Shown: piece by piece, positions 9,698 to 17,429 of the stretch
How positions within the stretch are numbered: the first letter of the stretch is position 1
Layout of the letters: each line of letters begins with the position of its first letter
DNA from: Candidatus Nomurabacteria bacterium
Lineage (GTDB): Bacteria > Patescibacteriota > Minisyncoccia > Phycocordibacterales > UBA918
Length of the DNA stretch: 64,000 bases
Direction: 5' to 3'
Assembly (NCBI GenBank): GCA_020632035.1
Contig: JACKGG010000002.1
Span: 24,095-88,094 of the forward strand
Notes under the pieces: generated by a model
What the model saw: only the letters and a program-made list of their open reading frames with translations
Databases searched by the model: none
What the model was told of the DNA's origin: nothing
Translations under genes and position numbers: made by a program

Positions 9698-11248
9698 ATG
9701 CATACAGCTGATGAAATTATCGCTCAACTACATCACCCCATAGACGAGGACAGGGTGCTTATTAAAAAAGCCTACGATTACGCCGCTGAAGCGCACAAAG
9801 ACCATAAGCGCTATTCTGGTGAGCCATACATGGTGCACACAGCTGAGGTGGGATACAAGTTAGCGGCTATGAGTATGGGTCCACGCACTATTTGTGCCGG
9901 CCTACTTCATGACACGATTGAAGATACACCTGTCACCTCAGAAGACATCATGAGAGAATTCGGCGAAGAAATACTATTTTTAGTCGAAGGAGTAACTAAA
10001 CTGAGCTCTGTACGTTACTACGGGACAGATCGTCATAACGAAAGTTTACGAAAACTTTTTGTTGCTACCAGCCAAGATATCCGAGTGTTGATTATCAAGC
10101 TAGTAGACCGGCTACACAATCTAGAAACTCTACACCATGTACCAGCTGAAAAACAGCTTCGCATCGCCAGGGAAACTCTTGAGATTTACGTACCAGTGGC
10201 ACACCGGCTCGGTATGGGAAAGCTTAGAAAAGAACTTGAAGACCTGGCCTTCCCATTTGTCTATCCAGAAGAAGCTAAGCGAGTAGCTGAGTCACTTTCT
10301 CGCCGCTTTGGAAACGCCAAGGAAATGCTTGAACGCGAAAGAAAAGTGCTACAAAAAAGATTGGTTGAAGTCGGATTGCTTGATTTCCAAACTTCTTTCA
10401 GAGTTAAGGGTATGTACAGCTTATATAACAAATTGACTCGTAAAGAGTGGGACATCGATGTCATCTATGACTTAATGGCCATGCGAGTAGTAGTTAAAGA
10501 TGTTGATGATTGTTACCGCACCCTTGGTATCATTCACGAATTGTGGCGCCCATTACCAAAAAGAGTTAAGGATTATATAGCTTTTCCAAAACCAAATGGC
10601 TACCAGTCACTTCACACAACTGTCACTACCCAAAACGGAGTGATCCTTGAGATTCAAATTAGAACAGAGAAAATGCACCGAGAGGCCGAATTCGGTGTTG
10701 CTTCACATGTTTTTTATAAGCAGCCATCAGTAACAGACAAAGTTAAGGAGCCTTCAAGATTCGCCAGCCTAATCCCTGGATTGTTCAAGCCTTTTTCCCG
10801 TAGACAAACTGAACTCGAAAAGAAGCTAGAGGAGACGGCCACTACCCCACACTATAAAAAAATTCCTCGCTGGATTTCTCAAATCGGCCAAACATACAAT
10901 ACGGACTCGGAGCATCCAACCAGCGAATTCCTAGAAGACGCTGAGTCTGACTTTTTCTCAAACCGTATTTTTGTATTTACTCCAACTGGAGACGTAGTCG
11001 ACCTACCAATGGGAGCGACTCCAATAGACTTTGCTTACGCCATTCACTCGGAAGTAGGAGATCACACTTCAGGTGCTAAAGTAAATCGTAAATTAGTCCA
11101 ATTGGATACGGAACTTAAAAATGGCGACATTGTAGAAATAGAAACAAGAAAATCCTCTAAACCAAGTCCGAAGTGGCTTCACTTCACCAAAACTTCCTTG
11201 GCTAGAAAACGCATCAAAATGGCCTTAGAAAACGAGTCTAAACTGTAA
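9698..11248 (+). CDS. Short RelA/SpoT-family (p)ppGpp synthetase/hydrolase (HD hydrolase, synthetase and TGS domains; no ACT/RRM tail)
   Basis: HD motif (HTAEVGYKLA…LLHDTIEDT), synthetase region (…YQSLHTTV…), TGS region (IFVFTPTGDVVDLPMGATPIDFAYAIHSEVGDH). Only 516 aa. Confidence 0.85.
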   Translation: MHTADEIIAQLHHPIDEDRVLIKKAYDYAAEAHKDHKRYSGEPYMVHTAEVGYKLAAMSMGPRTICAGLLHDTIEDTPVTSEDIMREFGEEILFLVEGVTKLSSVRYYGTDRHNESLRKLFVATSQDIRVLIIKLVDRLHNLETLHHVPAEKQLRIARETLEIYVPVAHRLGMGKLRKELEDLAFPFVYPEEAKRVAESLSRRFGNAKEMLERERKVLQKRLVEVGLLDFQTSFRVKGMYSLYNKLTRKEWDIDVIYDLMAMRVVVKDVDDCYRTLGIIHELWRPLPKRVKDYIAFPKPNGYQSLHTTVTTQNGVILEIQIRTEKMHREAEFGVASHVFYKQPSVTDKVKEPSRFASLIPGLFKPFSRRQTELEKKLEETATTPHYKKIPRWISQIGQTYNTDSEHPTSEFLEDAESDFFSNRIFVFTPTGDVVDLPMGATPIDFAYAIHSEVGDHTSGAKVNRKLVQLDTELKNGDIVEIETRKSSKPSPKWLHFTKTSLARKRIKMALENESKL

Positions 11249-12419
11249 AGCTATTTATTGAATATAAATTGCTTTCATCCTCGTCTTGGCTTTGTTGAGT
11301 ATCTGGTTTTACCTCTTCTGCTTGCGCCGGCTCTACTTCTTGAACTGACTCTCTGTCAGGTGTTGATTCTATCGGAGTATCCTTGAGTACAGAATAGATT
11401 TCATCATAATCGTCGAAGCCGTGATTGATTTCATGCTCATCAACAATTTCAGTTTCTTGGGCGGGAGCAGATGCCGTAGCGACTTCTGTGGCCTGCTGGC
11501 TGGCTTCAATTGCCAAGGGCGTGTGTTCAGACAATTTTGCCACCTCGGCTTGAGGATTTTGCGGGAGCATGATGGCCTCATCCTTAATCCTAGCCAGAAT
11601 CACTTCAAGATCATCTTCAGAGAAATAGTCGATGGTAAGCTTACCACCAAAATCAGTTTTTTGGATTTGGACTCTAGTACCTAAAGTTTCAGTAAATTGT
11701 TTTTCAAATTCAATCAAATTAGCGTCGAATTCTCCCGGATTCTTTTTACGGACTTTATCGGTCGCAATCTTGCGTACAATCCTTTCAACTTCTCGTACTG
11801 AAAGTTTCTTTAATAATATTTCCCGGTATACCACCTCTTGCTCTTCAGGACGGTCAGAAAGCATCAAAAGGGTCCTGGCGTGACCCTCCATCATATCGCT
11901 ATGCTTAAGCGACTCTAGCATATGCTCTGGCAGGCCAAGGAGGCGAATTGTGTTAGATACGTACTCACGGCTTCTACCAACTTTCTGAGCTACTTGGGCA
12001 TGTGAAAGACCGAAGGTGTCTGACAGTTGTCGAAAAGCAATTGCTCTATCTACTGCATTAAGATCCTCACGTTGGAGATTTTCGATAATAGCCAGTTCTA
12101 ACTTTTCTTGTTCGTTTTGTTCGCCTTCACGAATAATTACCGGCACTTGTGGCACTCCTGCCAGTTTACTTGCACGTAATCGCCTCTCTCCGGCTATCAG
12201 CTCGTACTCAGTATAAAATGTGCCATCGTCGCGTTGCACCTCAGACCTGGTGACAGTTAGTGGCTGAAGAACGCCGTACATACGAATAGAATCCGCCAAT
12301 TCTTGCAGTTTGTTTTGATCGAATTCTCGCCTTGGTTGGAATGGGTTCGGAACTACTTTTTCTAATTCTACCCAGTATATTGAATCACCTTGAAATGCCA
12401 TAATAAATATTACCTCCAA
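11238..12419 (-). CDS. ParB/Spo0J-like partition or DNA-binding protein with long acidic C-terminal tail
   Basis: ParB N-terminal box and HTH region (…GVLQPLTVTR…ELIAGERRLRASKLAGV…GLSHAQVAQKVGRSREYVSNTIRLLGLP…). True start may be Met7 (MAFQGD…). No parA adjacent. Confidence 0.8.
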   Translation of the reverse strand: MEVIFIMAFQGDSIYWVELEKVVPNPFQPRREFDQNKLQELADSIRMYGVLQPLTVTRSEVQRDDGTFYTEYELIAGERRLRASKLAGVPQVPVIIREGEQNEQEKLELAIIENLQREDLNAVDRAIAFRQLSDTFGLSHAQVAQKVGRSREYVSNTIRLLGLPEHMLESLKHSDMMEGHARTLLMLSDRPEEQEVVYREILLKKLSVREVERIVRKIATDKVRKKNPGEFDANLIEFEKQFTETLGTRVQIQKTDFGGKLTIDYFSEDDLEVILARIKDEAIMLPQNPQAEVAKLSEHTPLAIEASQQATEVATASAPAQETEIVDEHEINHGFDDYDEIYSVLKDTPIESTPDRESVQEVEPAQAEEVKPDTQQSQDEDESNLYSINSFTV

Positions 12420-12499
12420 GCTCTAGCGCTTGATACCGACATTCTAACATACGTGAGTTATACACACTTCTAAATAATACAGGCTCTTCTTTACTAACG

Positions 12500-12653
12500 G
12501 TGTCTTGTGATGGAGTCGGTTATTACATAATCAATACTCGTTTTGGATGGATTGTTTCGAAACTCACAATCCATCTCAAAAAAGCTTCGACTCGTGCAAG
12601 GCTTTTCAAAGAAAAGCTGCACCCCGAGGCACAGCTTTCACTCCGTTCATTTG
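12500..12653 (-). repeat. Possible degenerate tRNA-3'-linked element downstream of tRNA-Leu(CAA)
   Basis: Minus-strand sense shows a terminator hairpin right after the tRNA, then ttgaaaag…cacgagtcgaa (partial complement of the T-loop), an A/T hairpin ggattgtgagtttcgaaacaatcc, and ccgactccatcac (degenerate copy of the tRNA T-loop/3' stem). Weak match to the family described in findings. Confidence 0.25.
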
Positions 12654-12735
12654 TGCCTCGAGAGGGAGTCGAACCCTCAAGCCTTACGGCATACGATTTT
12701 GAGTCGTACGTGTATACCAATTCCACCATCGAGGC
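12654..12735 (-). tRNA. tRNA-Leu (anticodon CAA), long variable arm
   Basis: Manual fold: acceptor GCCTCGA/TCGAGGC; anticodon stem TACGA/TCGTA with loop CTCAAAA; variable arm ATGCCGTAAGGCT; T-arm GAGGG-TTCGACT-CCCTC. Confidence 0.8.
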
Positions 12736-13200
12736 AAGTGAAAAAGAGTGTACCAGAAAAAGCTTGTTTAGAAAACGACCATTGCTGTGAACCGGTCTCA
12801 ACAAGGAGGAAGACAATGAACAATTTTGAAAGTATGCAGTTAGGGCCTGTCGCTGGGAGTAGTTAATTACCCTGGCATGATGAGAAAAAAACTGAGTAAT
12901 TTTTGACCCACAAGCTGCTTCTGCGCTTATTTACTAAGGGCTATGAGTCGGAATAACTTTGCTTCCGGCAAACCATATGTAATTGTTGCCACCGATATTG
13001 GAAGATACCCCTTTCACTCGGTGTAAGTCGTTACTAGACCAAGTATGACCATTTAAGCACCAGTGCGATTGGATAACCTGCCCGGATTCAATCCAAGACA
13101 AGCTTTTTTATAAAATTTCAATCCTAATTTCTAACTACTTATAAATTAAATATCAAGAAGCTCTGGTTCAGTTAGGTTTTTTCTAGTAAACTCAATTTGA

Positions 13201-14103
13201 ATGGAAAACAAAAAACCAAAAGCAATTGCAGTAGTCGGGCCGACCGCCTCTGGCAAGACTTCCCTGTCTATTCAGCTTGCAAAAAGATTCAATGGTGAGG
13301 TTATTTCAGCAGATTCTAGACAAGTCTATACCGGACTTGATCTAGGCACTGGAAAAGTCACTGTAGAGGAGATGGATGGAGTACCTCATCACCTATTGGA
13401 CATAATGGACCCAAAAGGTGTATACAATGCGGCTGAATTTGAACTCGATGCTACTACTGCTATCTTAGACATACATAGTCGGGGCCGAGTACCAATAATC
13501 GCTGGTGGTACTTTCTTTTATCTAGATATGCTCCGTGGCAAACACCAAGTCGCCTCTGTTCCTCCAGATAATAACTTTCGCCTTACCCTAGCTTCTTGCA
13601 CGACTCCAGAGTTATTTGAAAAACTCAAGGAACTAGATATCAGTCGAGCTGAAACGATAGATGAACACAATAGACCCCGTCTAATTCGAGCGCTTGAAAT
13701 AATCAACACTCTTGGTCATGTACCTAAAGTCGAGAAAAATGAGTCTCCTTATGACTGGCTAGTGATTGGTGTTGATATCGATAAAGTAAGACTGCACGCA
13801 AATATCCATACTCGACTAGCCGAAAGACTTAGCGCAGGCATGATAGACGAAGTCTGCGAACTACACAAAAACGGCCTGACTTACGAAAGGATGCACGAGC
13901 TGGGCCTAGAGTATAGATATATTGCCATGTACTTAGAACAAAAACTCAAATACGAAGTTATGGTAAAAGATTTGGAAATAAAAATTAGGCAATACGCCAA
14001 AAGGCAAATGACTTGGCTCAGGAGAGATGATGAAATAGAGTGGTTCAAACCGACTAAGCCCGAAAAGATTTTTACTCGAGTAGAGAAATTCCTCAAGCAA
14101 TAG
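13201..14103 (+). CDS. miaA: tRNA dimethylallyltransferase
   Basis: P-loop AVVGPTASGKTSLSIQLA and …SADSRQVYTGLDLGTGK… are typical MiaA motifs. Confidence 0.9.
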   Translation: MENKKPKAIAVVGPTASGKTSLSIQLAKRFNGEVISADSRQVYTGLDLGTGKVTVEEMDGVPHHLLDIMDPKGVYNAAEFELDATTAILDIHSRGRVPIIAGGTFFYLDMLRGKHQVASVPPDNNFRLTLASCTTPELFEKLKELDISRAETIDEHNRPRLIRALEIINTLGHVPKVEKNESPYDWLVIGVDIDKVRLHANIHTRLAERLSAGMIDEVCELHKNGLTYERMHELGLEYRYIAMYLEQKLKYEVMVKDLEIKIRQYAKRQMTWLRRDDEIEWFKPTKPEKIFTRVEKFLKQ

Positions 14104-14160
14104 AAACAGTTGACCTACCCCAGCATTTCCAATACTATGTTGCGATAAACAAATATCCAC

Positions 14161-14231
14161 GGGTCTATAGTTTAGTGGTAAAATTTCGGTCTCCAAAACC
14201 GACGTCCGAGGTTCGAGTCCTCGTGGACCCG
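14161..14231 (+). tRNA. tRNA-Trp (anticodon CCA)
   Basis: Acceptor GGGTCTA/TGGACCC; anticodon stem TCGGT/ACCGA with loop CTCCAAA; T-arm CGAGG-TTCGAGT-CCTCG; discriminator G. CCA not encoded. Confidence 0.8.
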
Positions 14232-14232
14232 C

Positions 14233-14542
14233 ATAAAACATTACGTCCTAATGCGTCTAGCATTGGGGCGTTTATGTTTTACGGTACTAAGAGGACTCGA
14301 AAAGGTTGCCTGATATTTTGTGACGTAGGAGCAAAAATATCGACAACCTGTACTGAATCTGTAAGATTCGAGTCCTCGTGGACCCGCATAAAACATTACG
14401 TCCTAATGCGTCTAGCATTGGGGCGTTTATGTTTTACGGTACTAAGAGGACTCGAAAAGGTTGCCTGATATTTTGTGACGTAGGAGCAAAAATATCGACA
14501 ACCTGTACTGAATCTGTAAGATTCGAGTCCTCGTGGACCCGC
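14233..14542 (+). repeat. Two perfect tandem copies (155 bp each) of a tRNA-3'-end-linked structured element (family I), directly after tRNA-Trp
   Basis: Units 14233-14387 and 14388-14542 are identical. Each has an A/T hairpin (aaaacat…atgtttt), an anti-T segment gaggactcgaa, the core gaaaaggttgcctGATATTTTGtgacgtaggagCAAAATATCgacaacctgtactGAATCtgtaaGATTC, then gagtcctcgtggacccgc, a copy of the tRNA-Trp T-loop and 3' end. Overlapping track ORFs here are artefacts. Confidence 0.85.
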
Positions 14543-14546
14543 GAGC

Positions 14547-14582
14547 AACAAAACCAACCTGAATAAGGTTGGTTTTGTTTTG
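14547..14582 (+). terminator. Intrinsic terminator after the tRNA-Trp repeat array
   Basis: Stem caaaaccaacc / ggttggttttg followed by TTTTG. Confidence 0.6.
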
Positions 14583-14589
14583 CAAGCGA

Positions 14590-14722
14590 GGGCTACGAGG
14601 ACTCGAAAGCCGGAACCGGTACACAAGCCGACGAGCTTGCGAGGAGGGCTTGTCGGTGAGGCGGGGTCGAGAAAAATTTTCGTAGAAAATTTATTCGTGA
14701 CCGAGTCCTCATGGACCCATAA
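14590..14722 (+). repeat. Third, divergent tRNA-Trp-linked unit (family II architecture)
   Basis: Contains the anti-T segment gaggactcgaaag, a GC-rich hairpin, an A/T hairpin gagaaaaattttc-gta-gaaaatttattc, then gtgaccgagtcctcatggaccc, a degenerate copy of the tRNA-Trp 3' end. Confidence 0.6.
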
Positions 14723-14733
14723 GCCTAATCACT

Positions 14734-15816
14734 TTATTTATCGTAGACAGAAAAATGTGGAGCTGTTATATATCCAACAACTTGCACATCCTCTGTTCGC
14801 AGGCGACCTTTAGCATCTTTTACTAATGCATCAGCTTCTGCTTGAGTAGCGACCTCATACTTTGCAGTTAGACCATTTCTATAAGCTGCTTTTATAACAC
14901 TGACTATATCATCTGTACTTTTCATACCACCTTCGACTCCGTAATCCACACATGTACCATTTTGATGACAAGGATTTTTATGATTTACCCCAGGTGTTGG
15001 AGGCATAGCTTCAGTAACTCGAGCACCAACTACTGTTTTTGATACTTCTGCATGAAAATTAACTAACTTATCCAGAGTTATGGGAGAGACTGAACAAGTA
15101 TTTGAATTCTTGCAAGGCACACCGGCATCTGCCAGAGAACGACAGCCATTAAAACAGGCATCTTCCAATCCTGGCGTAATAGGTGGCTTAGGAGGGTCCA
15201 CACCATTTGGGCAATCCCAATGTTCTTCTTCGGTCTCTCCTCTTGCAACACTATATGTGCAATTACTCGGGAGACATTTCCAAATATTTCCCACTAAAGT
15301 ACAACCCATAGCTACCAGATCCCTGTTTTGTTGGAAAACTTTACTTGGTGGGACAGTATCATTCTGTTCAATACATTCAAGCGTAGACCATGGTCTATTA
15401 TTTAATTCACCTTCTCCACCAAGGAGTAAAGACTTCATAAGAGTGTCAACCAGCAGCCAAGCTCCCATAACAATTAGTATACCTATCAGAGCATTAGTCA
15501 TTTTTTGCTTTGCTTCAGTTTTAGCTGACGTATTACCGCCTGAAGTGACCAAGCTAAATCCTGCCCAAGCAGTAGTTATGGCAAATATCACCAGCATAAC
15601 TCCGATCAACCAGCCTAGGATATTTTCAGCCAACACCACTAAATGACAAGAATTACAGTCTGTTCCTTCGCAAGGAATTAATCCTCGGTCAACTTCCTCA
15701 GTCAGCACTTCTTGAGGCGGGTCTTCAACTGGAGCAGGTTCTTCTATTGGAGCAGAGAGCACGAAACCAGGTAAGACAATCAAACTAAACATCATTATAA
15801 AAATTGCCTTTTTCAT
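14734..15816 (-). CDS. Secreted Cys-rich protein with C-terminal two-helix pilin-like membrane domain (VirB2/TrbC-like topology)
   Basis: Signal peptide MKKAIFIMMFSLIVLPGFVLSAP, then a roughly 200-aa Cys-rich region. C-terminus (…ENILGWLIGVMLVIFAITTAWAGF…ALIGILIVMGAWLLVDTLMK) matches the two-hydrophobic-helix motif of the 31322-33793 paralog cluster. Confidence 0.7.
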   Translation of the reverse strand: MKKAIFIMMFSLIVLPGFVLSAPIEEPAPVEDPPQEVLTEEVDRGLIPCEGTDCNSCHLVVLAENILGWLIGVMLVIFAITTAWAGFSLVTSGGNTSAKTEAKQKMTNALIGILIVMGAWLLVDTLMKSLLLGGEGELNNRPWSTLECIEQNDTVPPSKVFQQNRDLVAMGCTLVGNIWKCLPSNCTYSVARGETEEEHWDCPNGVDPPKPPITPGLEDACFNGCRSLADAGVPCKNSNTCSVSPITLDKLVNFHAEVSKTVVGARVTEAMPPTPGVNHKNPCHQNGTCVDYGVEGGMKSTDDIVSVIKAAYRNGLTAKYEVATQAEADALVKDAKGRLRTEDVQVVGYITAPHFSVYDK

Positions 15817-15936
15817 GGTTTTAGTGATTTTAAATGATTACTATAATTATTAAATAATAACACAAAGGGCTTTGAAAAAAGGTCTATCTGTGTTATTTTG
15901 TTCCCACTAATTCAATTTGTTTGAATGAGTGACTAC

Positions 15937-16019
15937 GCGTCGGTACTCAAGCGGTCAACGAGGGCAGACTGTAAATCTGCTGACTTATGTCTACGAAGGT
16001 TCGAATCCCTCCCGGCGCA
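15937..16019 (+). tRNA. tRNA-Tyr (anticodon GTA), long variable arm
   Basis: Acceptor GCGTCGG/CCGGCGC (one G-U pair); anticodon stem GCAGA/TCTGC with loop CTGTAAA; variable arm TGACTTATGTCTAC; T-arm GAAGG-TTCGAAT-CCCTC (one mismatch). Confidence 0.7.
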
Positions 16020-16024
16020 CAATA

Positions 16025-16057
16025 GAAATTGCCCCTATTTATAGGGGCAATTTCTTT
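16025..16057. terminator. Bidirectional hairpin terminator (tRNA-Tyr and convergent gene)
   Basis: Perfect stem gaaattgcccct / aggggcaatttc followed by TTTAAA. Confidence 0.6.
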
Positions 16058-16079
16058 AAACTGGGTTGCAAGTTAGAAC

Positions 16080-16784
16080 TTAATTGATCACACGCTTATA
16101 GACAAACCCACTGTAACAAGGTCCAACTCCTGAAAAAACTGGCTCACGAGCAGTTAGTTCTAACGTTACTTGTTCGCCAGAAGCGATAACTTGCTTGTCT
16201 TCCTCACTAATTTCATTCCAAGGTAAGTTAATAATCAAACTCTTATCCTCGATCTGATTGACTGAATTACCACCTAAAGTACTCAATAGAGTTTTGAAGT
16301 GCCAAAAATTTGTCGGCCTAAACTGCAGTTTAAGTCCGTGACATTGTTGCGTCTGCTCCCACGCAGTTTTTTCGTACGTTTGATACAAGCCAGTCATTGA
16401 GAATGTTTCATTTAGTGCGTATGTATTACTAATATCATTTAGAAAATTATCTAAATTTTCTTCATCGTCAATAAAGTCTTTCACTGAGTACCTATCGAGT
16501 TTTTTACCGTCTAGGGTAATGCCAGCTTCGGTCGTATATGGTTCAACAATATCAGTCTGTCCAATTACCTCTTCCCGCACAACCTCTTTCTCAACTTCTT
16601 TCACTACAATTTTCTCAATCTCCGTAACCTTTTCTGGAGCAAAACTATATCCCACATACCCACCTACAAAAGGCAAAATGATAAAAAGTGCCATTGCTAG
16701 ATATTTAGATAAAGGTGTGATGGTGTGCAAGCGACTAACTTTCTTTACTTCAACAGTTTCCTGCACAATGATTTCTGGTTCCAT
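16080..16784 (-). CDS. Hypothetical membrane-anchored protein
   Basis: 234-aa ORF with a single N-terminal TM helix (LAMALFIILPFVGGYVGYSF) and a soluble domain. No known family recognised. Confidence 0.55.
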   Translation of the reverse strand: MEPEIIVQETVEVKKVSRLHTITPLSKYLAMALFIILPFVGGYVGYSFAPEKVTEIEKIVVKEVEKEVVREEVIGQTDIVEPYTTEAGITLDGKKLDRYSVKDFIDDEENLDNFLNDISNTYALNETFSMTGLYQTYEKTAWEQTQQCHGLKLQFRPTNFWHFKTLLSTLGGNSVNQIEDKSLIINLPWNEISEEDKQVIASGEQVTLELTAREPVFSGVGPCYSGFVYKRVIN

Positions 16785-16885
16785 ATTGACTAAATTTTAA
16801 CACACCAGTTTCGAACCAACTCAAGTTCGGCGCGTGACCACGTTAGTGGTTCTGTCGGAAACAAGTTCAAGCGGGGTTGAATAGA

Positions 16886-16927
16886 GACACATTTTAAAAA
16901 CACCCTTAAGGGTGTTTTTAAAATGTG
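16886..16927. repeat. Perfect 42-bp palindrome
   Basis: acacattttaaaaacaccc-ttaa-gggtgtttttaaaatgtgt: 19-bp perfect arms around a palindromic ttaa centre, in an intergenic region. Confidence 0.9.
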
Positions 16928-17016
16928 TGGTGGGTTTTGAGTTACTTCTTGAAATATGAGGCAACATGGGGCATATTGTCATCAGGTGCACATTCACACC
17001 TTGAGGGAGATTAAAA

Positions 17017-17370
17017 TTGGATATTACAATTAAACAAACCAACAGTTTGGGTGACGACAGAGAGAATGAACTCTGTCGAAGAATCACCAAACTTGTCATG
17101 GCGACCCAAAAGCGCCTAATTAAAGAAAATCCTTATAGAGACAACTCTATTTCTCGTATCAAGGAACCGGACTTCGATTTTCAGAGACTCAAGAGAGCAG
17201 ATGGTGAAAACCATTTAAGCGTAACGATTTGTTCTCATCGTATCGAAAAATGGGATGATGGGTTTAAGAAAAGTTTCCAAAGTAATTTACGGAAACTGTT
17301 GACTATAATTACTGGAGTAAAAGCACCTAATGTTTATTTGATTAAGCTTGTGCCCAAATCTTCAGAATAG
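17017..17370 (+). CDS. Hypothetical protein (TTG start)
   Basis: 117-aa ORF preceded by the RBS-like GAGGGAGA 6 nt upstream of TTG; followed by a terminator at 17391-17417. Confidence 0.45.
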   Translation: MDITIKQTNSLGDDRENELCRRITKLVMATQKRLIKENPYRDNSISRIKEPDFDFQRLKRADGENHLSVTICSHRIEKWDDGFKKSFQSNLRKLLTIITGVKAPNVYLIKLVPKSSE

Positions 17371-17390
17371 TAGTCTTCCTCTCTACTAAG

Positions 17391-17417
17391 AAAGCCACCC
17401 TCTCGGGTGGCTTTATT
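17391..17417. terminator. Hairpin terminator between the hypothetical gene and clpB
   Basis: Stem aagccaccc / gggtggctt followed by TATT. Confidence 0.55.
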
Positions 17418-17429
17418 GCATTATTAACA

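Noticed and set aside
12500-12866. ORFs 12500-12790(+), 12523-12816(-) and 12543-12866(+)
   Set aside because: They overlap tRNA-Leu(CAA) and its structured trailer and are mutually overlapping.
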